The notes under the pieces were generated by a model that saw only the letters and a list, made by a program, of their open reading frames with translations, had not been told where the DNA came from and searched no databases. A DNA stretch of 64,000 nt, taken from positions 69,110-133,109 of the forward strand of contig DIWP01000056.1 in assembly GCA_002423545.1 (NCBI GenBank). Reading direction: 5' to 3'. The number at the start of each line of letters is the position of its first letter. The first letter of the stretch is position 1. Positions 27,066 to 38,346 of the stretch are shown in pieces. Origin of the DNA: Thermoleophilia bacterium UBA6103. Lineage in GTDB: Bacteria > Actinomycetota > Thermoleophilia > UBA2241. The position numbers and the translations under genes are program-made.

Positions 27066-27107
27066 ATGAAGGGGCGGACGGCCGAGTGGCCGCCCGCCCC
27101 TTCGTGT
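27066..27107. terminator. bidirectional intrinsic terminator-like hairpin between convergent genes
   Basis: GAAGGGGCGG-ACGGCCGAGTGGCCG-CCCGCCCCTTC is a GC-rich nested inverted repeat located between the GGDEF gene (end 26933) and the SBP gene (end 27212). Confidence 0.4.
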
Positions 27108-27211
27108 GACCACCGCCGGCTCGACCCAGGTCCGCGGGCAGGCGGGCCGGGCCGGCGGTGAGCATCACCTCAGTGAGTCACGTCCTGTCGCGCCTCCTTG
27201 ACGGCGCGCAC

Positions 27212-29047
27212 TCAGACCTCCTCCGCGGGTCCGCCACGGCGGCCGCGCATCACGAAGAACACGACCAGGCCGATGACCACGACGGCGGCGATGCCGATGC
27301 CGATCCAGAGGCCTACGTTGGTGCCTCCCCCGGTCGTCTCGGCGACCACCGGCTTGAGGTTGTAGTAGGCCCACGGGAAGGAGGCGCCGCACGCCACCGG
27401 CCCCTCGCCGAAGTTGCAGCGTTCCCAGCCGGTCCACTTGTCCGTGCGGTAGGCCTGCAGCTTGAGCGGATGCGTGGTGACGATGACCGGGCAGTCCTCG
27501 TACATCACCTGCTGCATCTGGTGGATGAGGTCTGCCCGCTTGTCCGGGTCCATCTCCTGGTTCTGGGCGGTGTTGAGCTCGTCGTACCTCTCGTTCGACC
27601 AGCCCTGCTCGTTCCAGCCCTCGATCTGGGCGGTGGTCCAGCAGTCGAGCGTCTGGCCGGGGTCGGCGTAGCCGTCCCAGTTCCAGTAGTAGGCGTCGAA
27701 GTCCGGGGCGTAGGTGTCGCCCTCGTAGTTCCAGATCTTGTCGAAGAACACGCCCTCGTCCTGGACCGTGAGGACCACGTCGATGCCGCACTCCTCCCAC
27801 CAGCCGGCGATCAGCTTGGTGGCGCGCTGGCTCTCCGGGTTGTCCGCCAGGGCCCAGAGGCGGAGCTTGACCGGCTCGCCCTGCTTGTCCTCGCGGACGC
27901 CGTCGCCGTCGCTGTCGGCGTAGCCGGCGTCGTCGAGCATCTGGTTCGCGAGCTCGAGGTCGAAGCCGCGCGCCTCGCTCTCGGCCGGTGCCCAGGCGAA
28001 GTCGGGATCGCGCCAGGTGCTGGGCGGCAGCATCGTGTGTCCGACCCAGGCGTGACCGCTATAGGCCACGTCGACGAGCTTCTGACGGTCGACGGCGTGC
28101 TCCAGCGCGATGCGGAGTTCTTTGTCGAGCAGCGCCGGGTTGCCGAGCGACGCCTTGTCGTCGTAGCAGTTGAAACCGACGTAGTCCCAGTTGTACCAGG
28201 GGTACTCGATGGCCTCTATGCTCTCGGTGTCCTGCAGCTCCTTGAACTGCGCCTGCGGGAACATGTAGGCCACGTCGATGGCGCCGCTCTTGAGGTCCTG
28301 CACCAGTGTGTCGCCGTTCTTGTAGACCACGAACAGGACCTCGTCGACAGCCGGCGCACCGAGGTAGAAGTCCTTATAGGCTGCCAGCCGCAGGTAGCGG
28401 TTCTTCTTCCACTCGACCACCTGGAACGGGCCGCTGCCGATGACCGGCGGATCGTTGGCGAAGGTCGAACCCGCTTCCTCGCCCGACATCTTGCCCCAGA
28501 TGTGCTCCGGCAGGACGGGTATCCACAGGCCCAGAAGGTTGGACTTGGGGTGGCTGCAGTAGACCTTGTAGGTGAGGTCGTCGATCTGCTCGGCCTTCTC
28601 GACGCCCTCCAGGAAGCCGATGTAGGACGAGATCTCGTTCTCGATGATGAAGTTGTAGGTGAAGACCGCGTCCTTGGCCGTGATCGGCGTGCCGTCGTGC
28701 CAGGTCATGCCCTCGTTGATGGTGAACGTCCATTCGAGCTCGTCGGCGGACAGCTCCCAGCTCTTGTTGATGCCCTTGTCGTCCGGCTTGAGGTCTTCGA
28801 TGGCGCGTCCTGTGAGGAGCAGGTACTCGTTGACGTAGACCTCGTAGACGTTGTTGCTCCAGCCGATGAGCGGGTTCATGTTGTCGACCTCGCCCATCCA
28901 GCCGATCTTGAGCACCTTCTTGCCGGCGGAACCGGTCTCCTCGTCCTGGGCGGTCGCCAGCCCGCCGAAGGCGAAGACCGCCGCGATCGCGATCAGCGCG
29001 CAAGCCGCGATCACCGACCAGCTGCGTCGCATGCGTGGATTCCTCAT
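27212..29047 (-). CDS. ABC transporter substrate-binding protein, family 5 (peptide/nickel/opine type), with C-terminal membrane anchor
   Basis: 611 aa with a signal peptide and the SBP_bac_5 architecture. Unusual C-terminal TM helix (VGLWIGIGIAAVVVIGLVVFFV) plus a basic tail. No adjacent permease or ATPase genes. Confidence 0.75.
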   Translation of the reverse strand: MRNPRMRRSWSVIAACALIAIAAVFAFGGLATAQDEETGSAGKKVLKIGWMGEVDNMNPLIGWSNNVYEVYVNEYLLLTGRAIEDLKPDDKGINKSWELSADELEWTFTINEGMTWHDGTPITAKDAVFTYNFIIENEISSYIGFLEGVEKAEQIDDLTYKVYCSHPKSNLLGLWIPVLPEHIWGKMSGEEAGSTFANDPPVIGSGPFQVVEWKKNRYLRLAAYKDFYLGAPAVDEVLFVVYKNGDTLVQDLKSGAIDVAYMFPQAQFKELQDTESIEAIEYPWYNWDYVGFNCYDDKASLGNPALLDKELRIALEHAVDRQKLVDVAYSGHAWVGHTMLPPSTWRDPDFAWAPAESEARGFDLELANQMLDDAGYADSDGDGVREDKQGEPVKLRLWALADNPESQRATKLIAGWWEECGIDVVLTVQDEGVFFDKIWNYEGDTYAPDFDAYYWNWDGYADPGQTLDCWTTAQIEGWNEQGWSNERYDELNTAQNQEMDPDKRADLIHQMQQVMYEDCPVIVTTHPLKLQAYRTDKWTGWERCNFGEGPVACGASFPWAYYNLKPVVAETTGGGTNVGLWIGIGIAAVVVIGLVVFFVMRGRRGGPAEEV

Positions 29048-29148
29048 CGATCAGACCCCCTTGTCATGACCTTCCGTACGGGACGCTGCCCGCACGGCGT
29101 TCCGCCCGTCTGGGCTCCATCTGAGCAGGACGGGTGTGAGCGCGGCGC

Positions 29149-29991
29149 TCACGCGGCTCTCCCCGTGCGCCAGGGCAGCTGCCTCATCGCATGACGGGTG
29201 ATGGGGCAGACGCTCTGACAGACGCCGCAGGTACCATCCCACTCGGGGTGTTCGTAGGTCTTGGCCTCGCAGGCTTTCTCATCGTAGAGCTCGTCGCGGG
29301 TCATGCCGGCTTGCCACAGGACGTCGATGCCGGCGCCTTGTGGGCAGGAGGCCACGCAACTGGTGCAGCGGCCACAGCGGCTTTCGGTGATCGGCCGGCC
29401 GGGAGTCAGCGGCATGTCGGTGAACACGCTGGTGAGGCGCACTCCGGGACCGAAGCGCGAGGAGACGAACAGCGCCGTCTTGCCGATCCAGCCCAGACCG
29501 GCTTGCGTGGCTGCCGTCTTGTGGGGAAAGACGCCGGCGTCGCCCCAGTCCGGCAGCGGCGGGTCGTCGTGTGGGCCGGCCATGACGTTGCTGTTCTGGA
29601 TGGCTCGGAAGCCCGCGTCGCGGGCGAGTCGGACGAGCGCCGCGGCGGCGGCGTCGAGCTCGCCGAAGAGCCGCGCGTAGTCGTCGAAGAACGCCTGCGA
29701 CATATGGTGGTCGCGGCCGATGCTGCCCAGTGCGTGTGGTGAGTGGCGGCCGACCAGCGCGATCACATAGGGCAGCGATGGGGTGCACGGCCACCCGGGA
29801 TTGCGAGCGACACCCCACTCGTCGATCCGCTGCTCTGCGCAGACGTTCCCCACGTCTGCCGTCAGCTCGGTCATCGACCGACCCCCGTCAGCCTCCGGCT
29901 CGGTGCCGGAGATCGTGCTGCCTCCCCACGGTAGGACACTCGGCGCAGGTCTGCAACTCTTCAGCCTCGAGTCGCGACCGGCGTTGCGCAT
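29149..29991 (-). CDS. 4Fe-4S di-cluster protein, epoxyqueuosine reductase (QueG)-like
   Basis: Two ferredoxin-type motifs (CGRCTSCVASCP and CGVCQSVCP) in the C-terminal half. The N-terminal ~40 aa of the called ORF are probably untranslated; the likely start is MTELTADVG. Confidence 0.5.
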   Translation of the reverse strand: MRNAGRDSRLKSCRPAPSVLPWGGSTISGTEPEADGGRSMTELTADVGNVCAEQRIDEWGVARNPGWPCTPSLPYVIALVGRHSPHALGSIGRDHHMSQAFFDDYARLFGELDAAAAALVRLARDAGFRAIQNSNVMAGPHDDPPLPDWGDAGVFPHKTAATQAGLGWIGKTALFVSSRFGPGVRLTSVFTDMPLTPGRPITESRCGRCTSCVASCPQGAGIDVLWQAGMTRDELYDEKACEAKTYEHPEWDGTCGVCQSVCPITRHAMRQLPWRTGRAA

Positions 29992-30124
29992 CCGGCCGCC
30001 GTCTCAGTCGACCCGCCGGCGCGGCATTGACGCCGTCGCCGCACGTGCGAGAATCCCACTGGTCTCTTTGAGTACCACGCGAATCCGGTCAAGTCAAGGC
30101 CGCCGCGCAACGAAGGGGGTAGCT

Positions 30125-31873
30125 TTGCAGCCCGCAGACCTCATTCTCGTCAACGGCTCGTTGCACCGGGGTCGGGTGCCTGGATCGCCGGGTGACGCCG
30201 GCGTCGCCGACTCGGTCGCCGTTCGCGACGGCAGGATCATGGCTGTTGGGCCGGCGGCCCAGGTGCTCGAACTGCGGGGGTCACGCACCGAGACCATCGA
30301 CCTGCGCGGCCGTCTGCTGCTGCCGGCGTTCGGCGACGCTCACGCCCATGCCAGCGCTGCCGTCGCCGAGCTGTACTCGGCCCAGCTGTTCCACCTGCCG
30401 ACCGTTGACGCCTGTCTCGACGCTCTGCGGGGCTTTCTGCGCGAGCACCCCGATCTGCCGGTGGTCTCCGGCGAAGGCTGGACCAACACGATCGCGCCGC
30501 GGCTTGGGCCGCGCAAGGAGGTGCTCGACGAGCTGGTGGGCGACCGTCCCGTCGTCCTGAGCTCGGAGGACTACCACTCGCTGTGGGTCAACTCGCGGGC
30601 CCTCGAACTGGCCGGTATCACGACCGCGACCGTCGATCCGCCGGGCGGCGTCATCGAGCGGCTTCCGGACGGGGAGCCCGCCGGGACGCTGCGTGAGACG
30701 GCCATGGACCTGGTCACCAGCGTGCTTCCCGACTTCAGCGAAGAGCAGTATCGGGAGGGCATCCTTCACTATCAGACCCGGATCGCGGCGCCGGCCGGCA
30801 TCACGCTGGTCTTCGACCCTGTGCTGCCCACTCCGGGAAGGCCGCTGGGCGAGTCGGCGTCGCTGCGCGCGTACCGGCGGATGGCCGAGGCGGGCGAGCT
30901 GACGCTGCGTGCCCGTCTGGGTCTCACGATGGGGCCGCAGGACGATCTGACGAGCTGGGTGGAGCAGGCGACGGCCGCCGGGGACGATCTGGCCGCCGTG
31001 GCTGCCGCCGGGCGCCCTCGGCCGGCGACCGGCGAGCCGGGGCGTGGCGGACGGCCGGTCATGGGAGACACCGCGCCGGTGGCCGTCTCGGCGGCCAAGT
31101 TCTTCGAGGATGGCGTCATCGAGGGTCATACGGCGTACCTGCTCGAGGACTACGCCGATGCGCCGGGCGACCGCGGCCGGCCGCTCTGGGACAAGGCCGC
31201 GCTGGGCCGTGCCTTCGCCGCCGTCGATGCGGCCGGTCTGCAGATCCACGTGCACTGCATCGGCGATGCCGCCACCGCCGAGACACTCGACGCCCTCGAA
31301 CATGCTCGCCGGACCAACGGCGCCCACGACTGGCGCCCGGCGATCACCCATGTCCAGATGGTCGCGCCGGCGGACTTCCGGCGCTTCGCCGAGATGGGGG
31401 TCGTGGCCGCCGTGCAGCCGTTCTGGTTCGTCCTCGGCGACTACTACCACGACCTCGAGGTCCCGTACCTCGGCGAGGACCGGGCGGCGGCCGAGTACCC
31501 GCTGCGGAGCTTCTACGATGCCGGCGCGACGGTCGCCGGCGGCAGCGACTTCCCGGTCACCAAGCCCTGCGATCCGCTCATCGGTATCCAGGCCGGCGTG
31601 ATGCGGTGGCTGCCGCAGCTCAGCGACGGCGATGCGGTGCTCGGCCTGGACCAGCGCTGCTCGGTGGCGCAGCTCATCGACGCGTACACGAGCGGCGCAG
31701 CCTACGCTCACCGGCTCGAGTCGGTCACCGGCTCCGTGGCGGTGGGCAAGAGTGCCGACCTCGTCGTGGTGGACCGCGATCTCTTCGCGGTCGAGCCGGC
31801 CGAGATAGGTGAGTCTCGGGTGCTGCTGACCCTCTTCGAGGGCCGGCCGGTGCACACCGACCCGACCCTCTGA
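30125..31873 (+). CDS. amidohydrolase family protein (Amidohydro_3-type metal-dependent hydrolase)
   Basis: Metal-binding GDAHAHA near the N-terminus, then …HVHCIGD…, …GSDFPV… typical of the amidohydrolase superfamily. A TTG start at ~30125 is preceded by GAAGGGGG. The ORF-track Met at 29783 lies inside the upstream gene. Confidence 0.65.
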   Translation: MQPADLILVNGSLHRGRVPGSPGDAGVADSVAVRDGRIMAVGPAAQVLELRGSRTETIDLRGRLLLPAFGDAHAHASAAVAELYSAQLFHLPTVDACLDALRGFLREHPDLPVVSGEGWTNTIAPRLGPRKEVLDELVGDRPVVLSSEDYHSLWVNSRALELAGITTATVDPPGGVIERLPDGEPAGTLRETAMDLVTSVLPDFSEEQYREGILHYQTRIAAPAGITLVFDPVLPTPGRPLGESASLRAYRRMAEAGELTLRARLGLTMGPQDDLTSWVEQATAAGDDLAAVAAAGRPRPATGEPGRGGRPVMGDTAPVAVSAAKFFEDGVIEGHTAYLLEDYADAPGDRGRPLWDKAALGRAFAAVDAAGLQIHVHCIGDAATAETLDALEHARRTNGAHDWRPAITHVQMVAPADFRRFAEMGVVAAVQPFWFVLGDYYHDLEVPYLGEDRAAAEYPLRSFYDAGATVAGGSDFPVTKPCDPLIGIQAGVMRWLPQLSDGDAVLGLDQRCSVAQLIDAYTSGAAYAHRLESVTGSVAVGKSADLVVVDRDLFAVEPAEIGESRVLLTLFEGRPVHTDPTL

Positions 31874-32157
31874 CACGCTCAGCGTCGGCCGGCCGCCGTA
31901 CGCCGCTCAGCGTCGGCCGGCCGGTGCGTCGGCGGAGAGCGACGTCGCATGATGGATCCGGTCTGTGCTTGCGTGGGGGGGTCGGACATGATCTCGTGAG
32001 TGGCGGTCGCGGGTGCTGATCCCGGGCAGGTGCGGGCGCCGATCTCGCGCGGGTGTAGCCGGCGAGGCCGGTGGTCGATAAGCACGGGGTGACATCCGGA
32101 AGGAGCGGCGCGTGGCGTCGCACCCGCCTTCCGGCTCGGACTGTGAAGGGAGCGAGG

Positions 32158-32541
32158 ATGGTGCGGAAGCTGGTCTTGGGCTCGCTGATCGCGGCCCTGC
32201 TGGTCGTGGGCGGCCTCACCGTGGGCTGCGGCAGCGACCCCTTCGTCGGTACGTGGGGAGTGGACGACCCGATGCCCGGTACCGAACGTCTCGAGATGGT
32301 GATCACCAGAGACGGCGAGACGTACACGGTGGATCCCACGGCCGGCATCGAGGACGCCCGCAAGGTCGAGGCGCAGAAGGACGGCGATGAGCTGGTGGGC
32401 ACCGTCGCCATCGAGGAGATGACGATCGAGCTGCGCTTTGTACCGGGCGAGGAGGCCGATACGCTGGATCTGAAGCTGACGGGGCGCCAGGAGGGCAAGC
32501 CCAGCGTGAGCTTCGACTGCACGCTGCAACGGAAGCAGTGA
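32158..32541 (+). CDS. lipoprotein (hypothetical)
   Basis: MVRKLVLGSLIAALLVVGGLTVGCGSD is a signal peptide with a lipobox (LTVGC). Small beta-rich body. RBS GGGAGCGAGG. Confidence 0.5.
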   Translation: MVRKLVLGSLIAALLVVGGLTVGCGSDPFVGTWGVDDPMPGTERLEMVITRDGETYTVDPTAGIEDARKVEAQKDGDELVGTVAIEEMTIELRFVPGEEADTLDLKLTGRQEGKPSVSFDCTLQRKQ

Positions 32542-32685
32542 ACAGCCGACCGGCTCGCGCGCTGCACACACGCCGGCCATGTCTGGCTCATGCATCTGTG
32601 GACATCATGATGAATCCGTCGCGGGATGCGCATGCCGGGGGATGGAGAAGCGGATGCCCGTCGCGGGCAGAGGGAGAGGGCGGCT

Positions 32686-34218
32686 ATGACGAGACGACCG
32701 AAGAGCGTGGCTATCATCGGCGCCGGCATCGCCGGCCTGAGCGCCGGCTGCTATGCTCAGATGAACGGCTACTCCTCGCGCATCTACGAGATGCATACGG
32801 TCCCCGGCGGGCTGATGACCGCCTGGGATCGCCGGGGCTTCACTATCGACTACTGCATCCACTGGCTCTTCGGGTCGCGACCCGGGTCGGCCATGTATCC
32901 GCTCTGGGAAGAGGTGGGCCTCATCCAAGGCTTGGAGCTGGTCTACGTGGACCGCTTCCTGACCGTGGAATGCACCGACGGGCGCACCGTCACCTTCTGG
33001 TGTGACCTCGATCGTCTGGAGAAGGAGCTGTGCTCCTTCTCGCCGGCCGACGCCGACCTGATCAAGGAGATGGTGGGCGACGCGCGGCGGCTGCTGGGCA
33101 AGGACATGCCCATGGACCTGCCGCCGCGCGAGATGATGAGCCTGCGCCAGTCGGCGAAGGCCGCGGCGGCGATGTTCCCCTTCATGCGCCCGTACCGGAA
33201 GTGGAGCAAGGTGAGCGGCACCGAGGTCGCCGCCCGGTTCAAGGACCCGGCGCTGGCCGAGGTCTTCCGGGCGTTGTGGCCGCCAGAGATGAACTTCTTC
33301 TTCATGATCGTCAACATGGCGCGCATGAGCGCCCGCAGCGACGGCTACCCGCTCGGCGGCTCGCTCCCGATGGCCCGCAACGTCGAACGGCGCTATCTCG
33401 ATCTGGGCGGGGAGCTGCGTTGCGGTACGCGCGTGGAGAAGGTCCTCGTTGAGTCCGGTCCGGACGGCGACCGCGCCGTAGGCGTGCGCCTGGCAGACGG
33501 TACCGAGGAGCGCACCGACGTGGTCGTCTCGGCCGCCGACGGGTACGCGACGATCTTCGACATGCTGGATGGCCGCTACGTCGGTGAGACGTTCCGCAAG
33601 CTCTTTGACGCCGGAACGACGTTCCCGGCCCTGCTCTTCCTCGGTATCGGCATCGAGGGCACGCTGGACGGCTACGAGCCGGCGGTGAGCGGCATCAGCC
33701 TGCCGTTCACCGAGCCGCTCGTGGCGGGGTCGGCGACGAAGGACCGCATGACCCTGCACCCGTACACGCACGATCCGCGCATGGCTCCCGACGGCAAGAC
33801 GGTCATGACCGCGATGATCGAGGCCGATCCGGACTACTGGTGCGGATTGCGCGAGGGCGACCGCGGACGGTACAGGGCGGAGAAGCAGCGCGTCGCCGAT
33901 GTGGTCGTGGCCGAGCTCGATCGGCGCTGGCCCGGGCTGGCGGAGCGGGTGGAGATGCTCGATGTCGCGACGCCGGCGACCACGGTGCGCTACACCGGCA
34001 ACTGGAAGGGCAGCTTCGAGGGCTGGCTGGCGACGCCGGAGTACTCGAGCGGCGAGCTGCCCAAGACGCTGCCCGGCCTCGCAGGCTTCTACATGGCCGG
34101 GCAGTGGGTGGCACCGGGCGGCGGCCTGCCGCCGGGCGTCATGACCGCCCGCCAGGTGCAGCAGCTCATCTGCAAGGCCGACGGCGTCGAGTTCCGCACC
34201 AGCGTCCCAGAGGGCTGA
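32686..34218 (+). CDS. FAD-dependent oxidoreductase, phytoene desaturase (CrtI)/amine-oxidase family
   Basis: An N-terminal dinucleotide-binding motif (SVAIIGAGIAGLSAG), ~510 aa, and an NAD(P)/FAD-binding Rossmann fold. Start taken at MTRRPKS. Confidence 0.65.
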   Translation: MTRRPKSVAIIGAGIAGLSAGCYAQMNGYSSRIYEMHTVPGGLMTAWDRRGFTIDYCIHWLFGSRPGSAMYPLWEEVGLIQGLELVYVDRFLTVECTDGRTVTFWCDLDRLEKELCSFSPADADLIKEMVGDARRLLGKDMPMDLPPREMMSLRQSAKAAAAMFPFMRPYRKWSKVSGTEVAARFKDPALAEVFRALWPPEMNFFFMIVNMARMSARSDGYPLGGSLPMARNVERRYLDLGGELRCGTRVEKVLVESGPDGDRAVGVRLADGTEERTDVVVSAADGYATIFDMLDGRYVGETFRKLFDAGTTFPALLFLGIGIEGTLDGYEPAVSGISLPFTEPLVAGSATKDRMTLHPYTHDPRMAPDGKTVMTAMIEADPDYWCGLREGDRGRYRAEKQRVADVVVAELDRRWPGLAERVEMLDVATPATTVRYTGNWKGSFEGWLATPEYSSGELPKTLPGLAGFYMAGQWVAPGGGLPPGVMTARQVQQLICKADGVEFRTSVPEG

Positions 34219-34319
34219 CGGCCGCAACGCGCCTCACCGCGACGCTTCTCACCGCGCCGTCGCACGGCTGACGGCCCGTCGAGCCGCCGCGGCGGTCGCC
34301 GGGCCGAGCGAGGCGGCGG

Positions 34320-35122
34320 CTACTGGCGGATGTCGCGGCGCAGGAAGGTGGGGAAGGCGACCGCGAGGCAGACGGCGATGCAGGCCAGCAGGACCGCTAC
34401 GTGGACGCCGTCGAGGCCGCGGATGAGCACCTGACCGCCGCCGTAGTAGTAGAAGAACGAGAGGTCACGCAGCCACTCGAGACCGCTCACCAGCAGGCCG
34501 AGCGTGTCGAGCAGGTAGGTGACCAGCAGCAGCCCGGCGGCGACCGCCGTCGCCGTGCCGCGGCGGGCGCCGGCGGCCCCGGCGGCGAAGGTCAGCGAGG
34601 CGCCCAGTACCGTCAGCAGCCAGAGGCTGAGGCTCGCCTGCAGGAGACGGCCGACGCTGACGTCCATGCCGACCGCGGCGACGCCGATCAGCAGGCCGAT
34701 CAGGTGTGCCGCCACGACCACCGCCGTGACCGTGAGCACCATCAGGTACTTCTTCGCGAGCGCCGCGCGACGGGCGATCGGATAGGCGAGGATGACGCCC
34801 ATGGTGCCGCCGTCCTCCTCGCCGGCCACCGTGCGGCCGCCGACGCCGACGGCGAAGATGAGCACCACCAGGGGGCTCAGCAGGGCGAAGACGCGGGCGC
34901 CGAGGTAGCCGGCTGGCGTGAAGAAGTCGCCGGCCTGGCCCATGATGTAGTTCTTGAAGGCCGGCGGCATGGAGTCGATGAGCTCCTCCAGTGCCACCTG
35001 GCTCTCGCCGATGGTGGGGTAGACGGCGCACATCAGCACCACGTAGCCGACGATCGAGAGCGACCAGAGGAGCAGGCTCCAGCGTTGGTCGCGCAACTCC
35101 TTGAGGTAGAGGTCGCCGAGCA

Positions 35123-35126
<4 letters not shown>
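34320..35126 (-). CDS. ABC-2 type transporter permease
   Basis: 268 aa with six predicted TM helices. Start overlaps the stop of the upstream ATPase gene. Confidence 0.6.
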
Positions 35127-36108
<982 letters not shown>

Positions 36109-36112
<4 letters not shown>

Positions 36113-36944
36113 TCGACGTCGGTCGGGTCCCAGGCGACCCGGAAGCCCTCATCGAGGGCGTCGAGCGCGTCCATGTCGGCGGCCGCAAGCTCGACGTGGA
36201 GGGCGGCGATGTCTTCCTCGATGTGCTCCCGCTTGAGCGACTTGACGAGCGTCACCAGCCCGTGCTGGATCGCCCAGCGCAGCAGGACCTGGGCGACGCT
36301 GAGGCCGCTGCGCGCGGCGACGACACGCAGCTGCTCGTCCTTGAGGCGCCGCTTGCGCGTCAACGGGCTGTAGGCCTCGACCTGGATGCCGTGCCGGGCG
36401 CAGTAGTCGCGGAGCGTGCGCTGCTGCAGGAACGGCGAGAGCTCGACCTGGTCCACCGCCGGCGGGACGTCGGCCCAGGAGAGCAGCTGCTCGAGGTGGC
36501 CGACCGTGTAGTTGCAGACGCCGATGGCCCGCGCCCGGCCGTCGCCGGCCAGGGTCTGCAGCGCCCGCCATGTGTCGTCCCTGGACTCCGGGACCGGCCA
36601 GTGCACCAGGTAGAGGTCGATGTGGTCTGTCCCCAACTCCTCCAGGCTGCGCTCGCAGGCGCGCAGGGTGCGGTCGTAGCCCATGTCGTCTTTCCAGACC
36701 TTGGTGGCGATGAACACCTCGTCCCGACGGAGGCCGCTCTGCTCGATCGCGACGCGCACGTCGGCCTCGTTGTCGTACAGGCTGGCGGTGTCGATGTGGC
36801 GGTAGCCGGCGGCCAGCGCCCAGGCGACGGCCCGGCGGCTGCGTTCGCCGGGCGGCGCCTTGTACAACCCCAGGCCGAGCGTCGGGACCTCGACGCCGGC
36901 GCCCAGCGTGAGGGTGGTCTTACTGCCGTCTTCTGCGCCCATAG
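36109..36944 (-). CDS. aldo/keto reductase
   Basis: …GYRHIDTASLYDNE…IATKVW…LDHIDLYLVHWP… are AKR signatures. ATG at ~36942 has an AGGTGA RBS. The ORF-track extension to 37344 is not supported. Confidence 0.75.
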
Positions 36945-37035
36945 TGCTCACCTGCCCTGCGACCGCCGCCGTCCGCCGCCATCCTACGCCCGGCAGGCAG
37001 GATGAGGGAGCCTGCGGCGCGAATCTGGCGGCGAT

Positions 37036-38200
37036 GAGCCAGAACGACCTCGTCAGCCTTGCCGTCATCGCCGCCGCCGCCGTGGCCGCCGTGCTGCTGG
37101 CGTCGCTGCTGCGACGGGCGCGCATCCCCGGTGTGGTGCTCGAGATCGCCCTCGGCATCCTCGTCGGTCCGCAGGTTCTGCGCCTGGCCGAAGAGACCGA
37201 CTTCATCACCGCGCTGGCCGACTTCGGCCTCACGTTCCTGCTGTTCCTGGCAGGTTTCGAGGTCGAGATCGCGCGCATCAAGGGGCGGCCGCTCAAGCTC
37301 GCCGGCGGCGGCTGGCTGGTGTCGCTGGCGCTGGCGTTCGGCATCGGCGGCCTGCTGCAGGTCGAGGGTCTGGTGCGCTCCGATCTCTACTTCGGCCTGG
37401 CGCTCACGACCACGGCGCTGGGCACGCTGCTGCCGATACTGCGCGACGAAGGTCTCCTCGAGACAGACATGGGCCGCCATCTGCTCGCCGTCGGCGCCGT
37501 CGGTGAGTTCGGCCCGGTGGTCGCCGTCGCCGTGCTGCTCAGCGGCGGGCGTCCCCTGCTGAGTACCGTGCTTTTGGCGGCCTTCGTCGTCTGTGTTCTG
37601 GCGGTCGCCTTCGTCACCGTCCGCATGCCGGCGCCTCACGTCGGCCGGCTGCTCCACGAGACCCTGCGCACCAGCGGCCAGCTCATGGTGCGTATCGTGG
37701 TCCTGCTGCTCGTGGTCCTGCTGCTGCTCGCCTCGGAACTCGGCCTCGACATCCTGCTCGGCGCCTTCGCCGCCGGCCTCATCCTCCGTCGTCTGACTAC
37801 CGAGCGGACGATGGAGCATCTGCAGACCCGGCTCGACACGCTCGGCTACGGCTTCTTCATCCCCATCTTCTTCGTCGTCACCGGCATCCGCTTCGACATC
37901 GTCCATCTGGTGACCAGCGTGCATGCCATCGTCATCCTGGTCGTCGTCCTGCTCCTCATGCTTGTGGTGCGCGGCCTGCCGGCGCTGCTCTACCGCCGGG
38001 ATCTCGACGGCCGACAGCAGCTCTCGCTGGCGTTCTTCTCGGCTACCGGCCTGCCGCTGATCGTGGCCATCACGACGATCGGGCAGGAAGCGGGGACCAT
38101 CGGCGCCACCGCGGCCGTCGCCATGGTGGGCGCCGGCATGGTCTCTGTGTTCGTCTACCCCCTGATCGCCCTCGCGATCCTGCGCCGCTCGCGGGCCTGA
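37036..38200 (+). CDS. cation:proton antiporter (CPA2/Kef-type Na+/H+ exchanger family)
   Basis: ~388 aa polytopic membrane protein with about 12 TM helices (…GVVLEIALGILVGPQVL…). Start taken at MSQNDLVSLAVI. Confidence 0.7.
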
Positions 38201-38346
38201 GCCGCTTCCCATGCCGCAGGCTGAGGACCGGGCCGGCGCCGCGGGGCCGCGTCTGAGGTCCCAGCCGGGTCGGAGCGGGCCGGACCCGGGACGGCGCCGG
38301 GGGAGACGTGCGACATGTCCTGTAGGCTTGCGCCGGACACGCGGCG

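Noticed and set aside
27158-29194. 678-aa plus-strand ORF
   Set aside because: It is antisense to the family-5 SBP gene, which has clear homology-like features. It has no motifs and a low-complexity composition.
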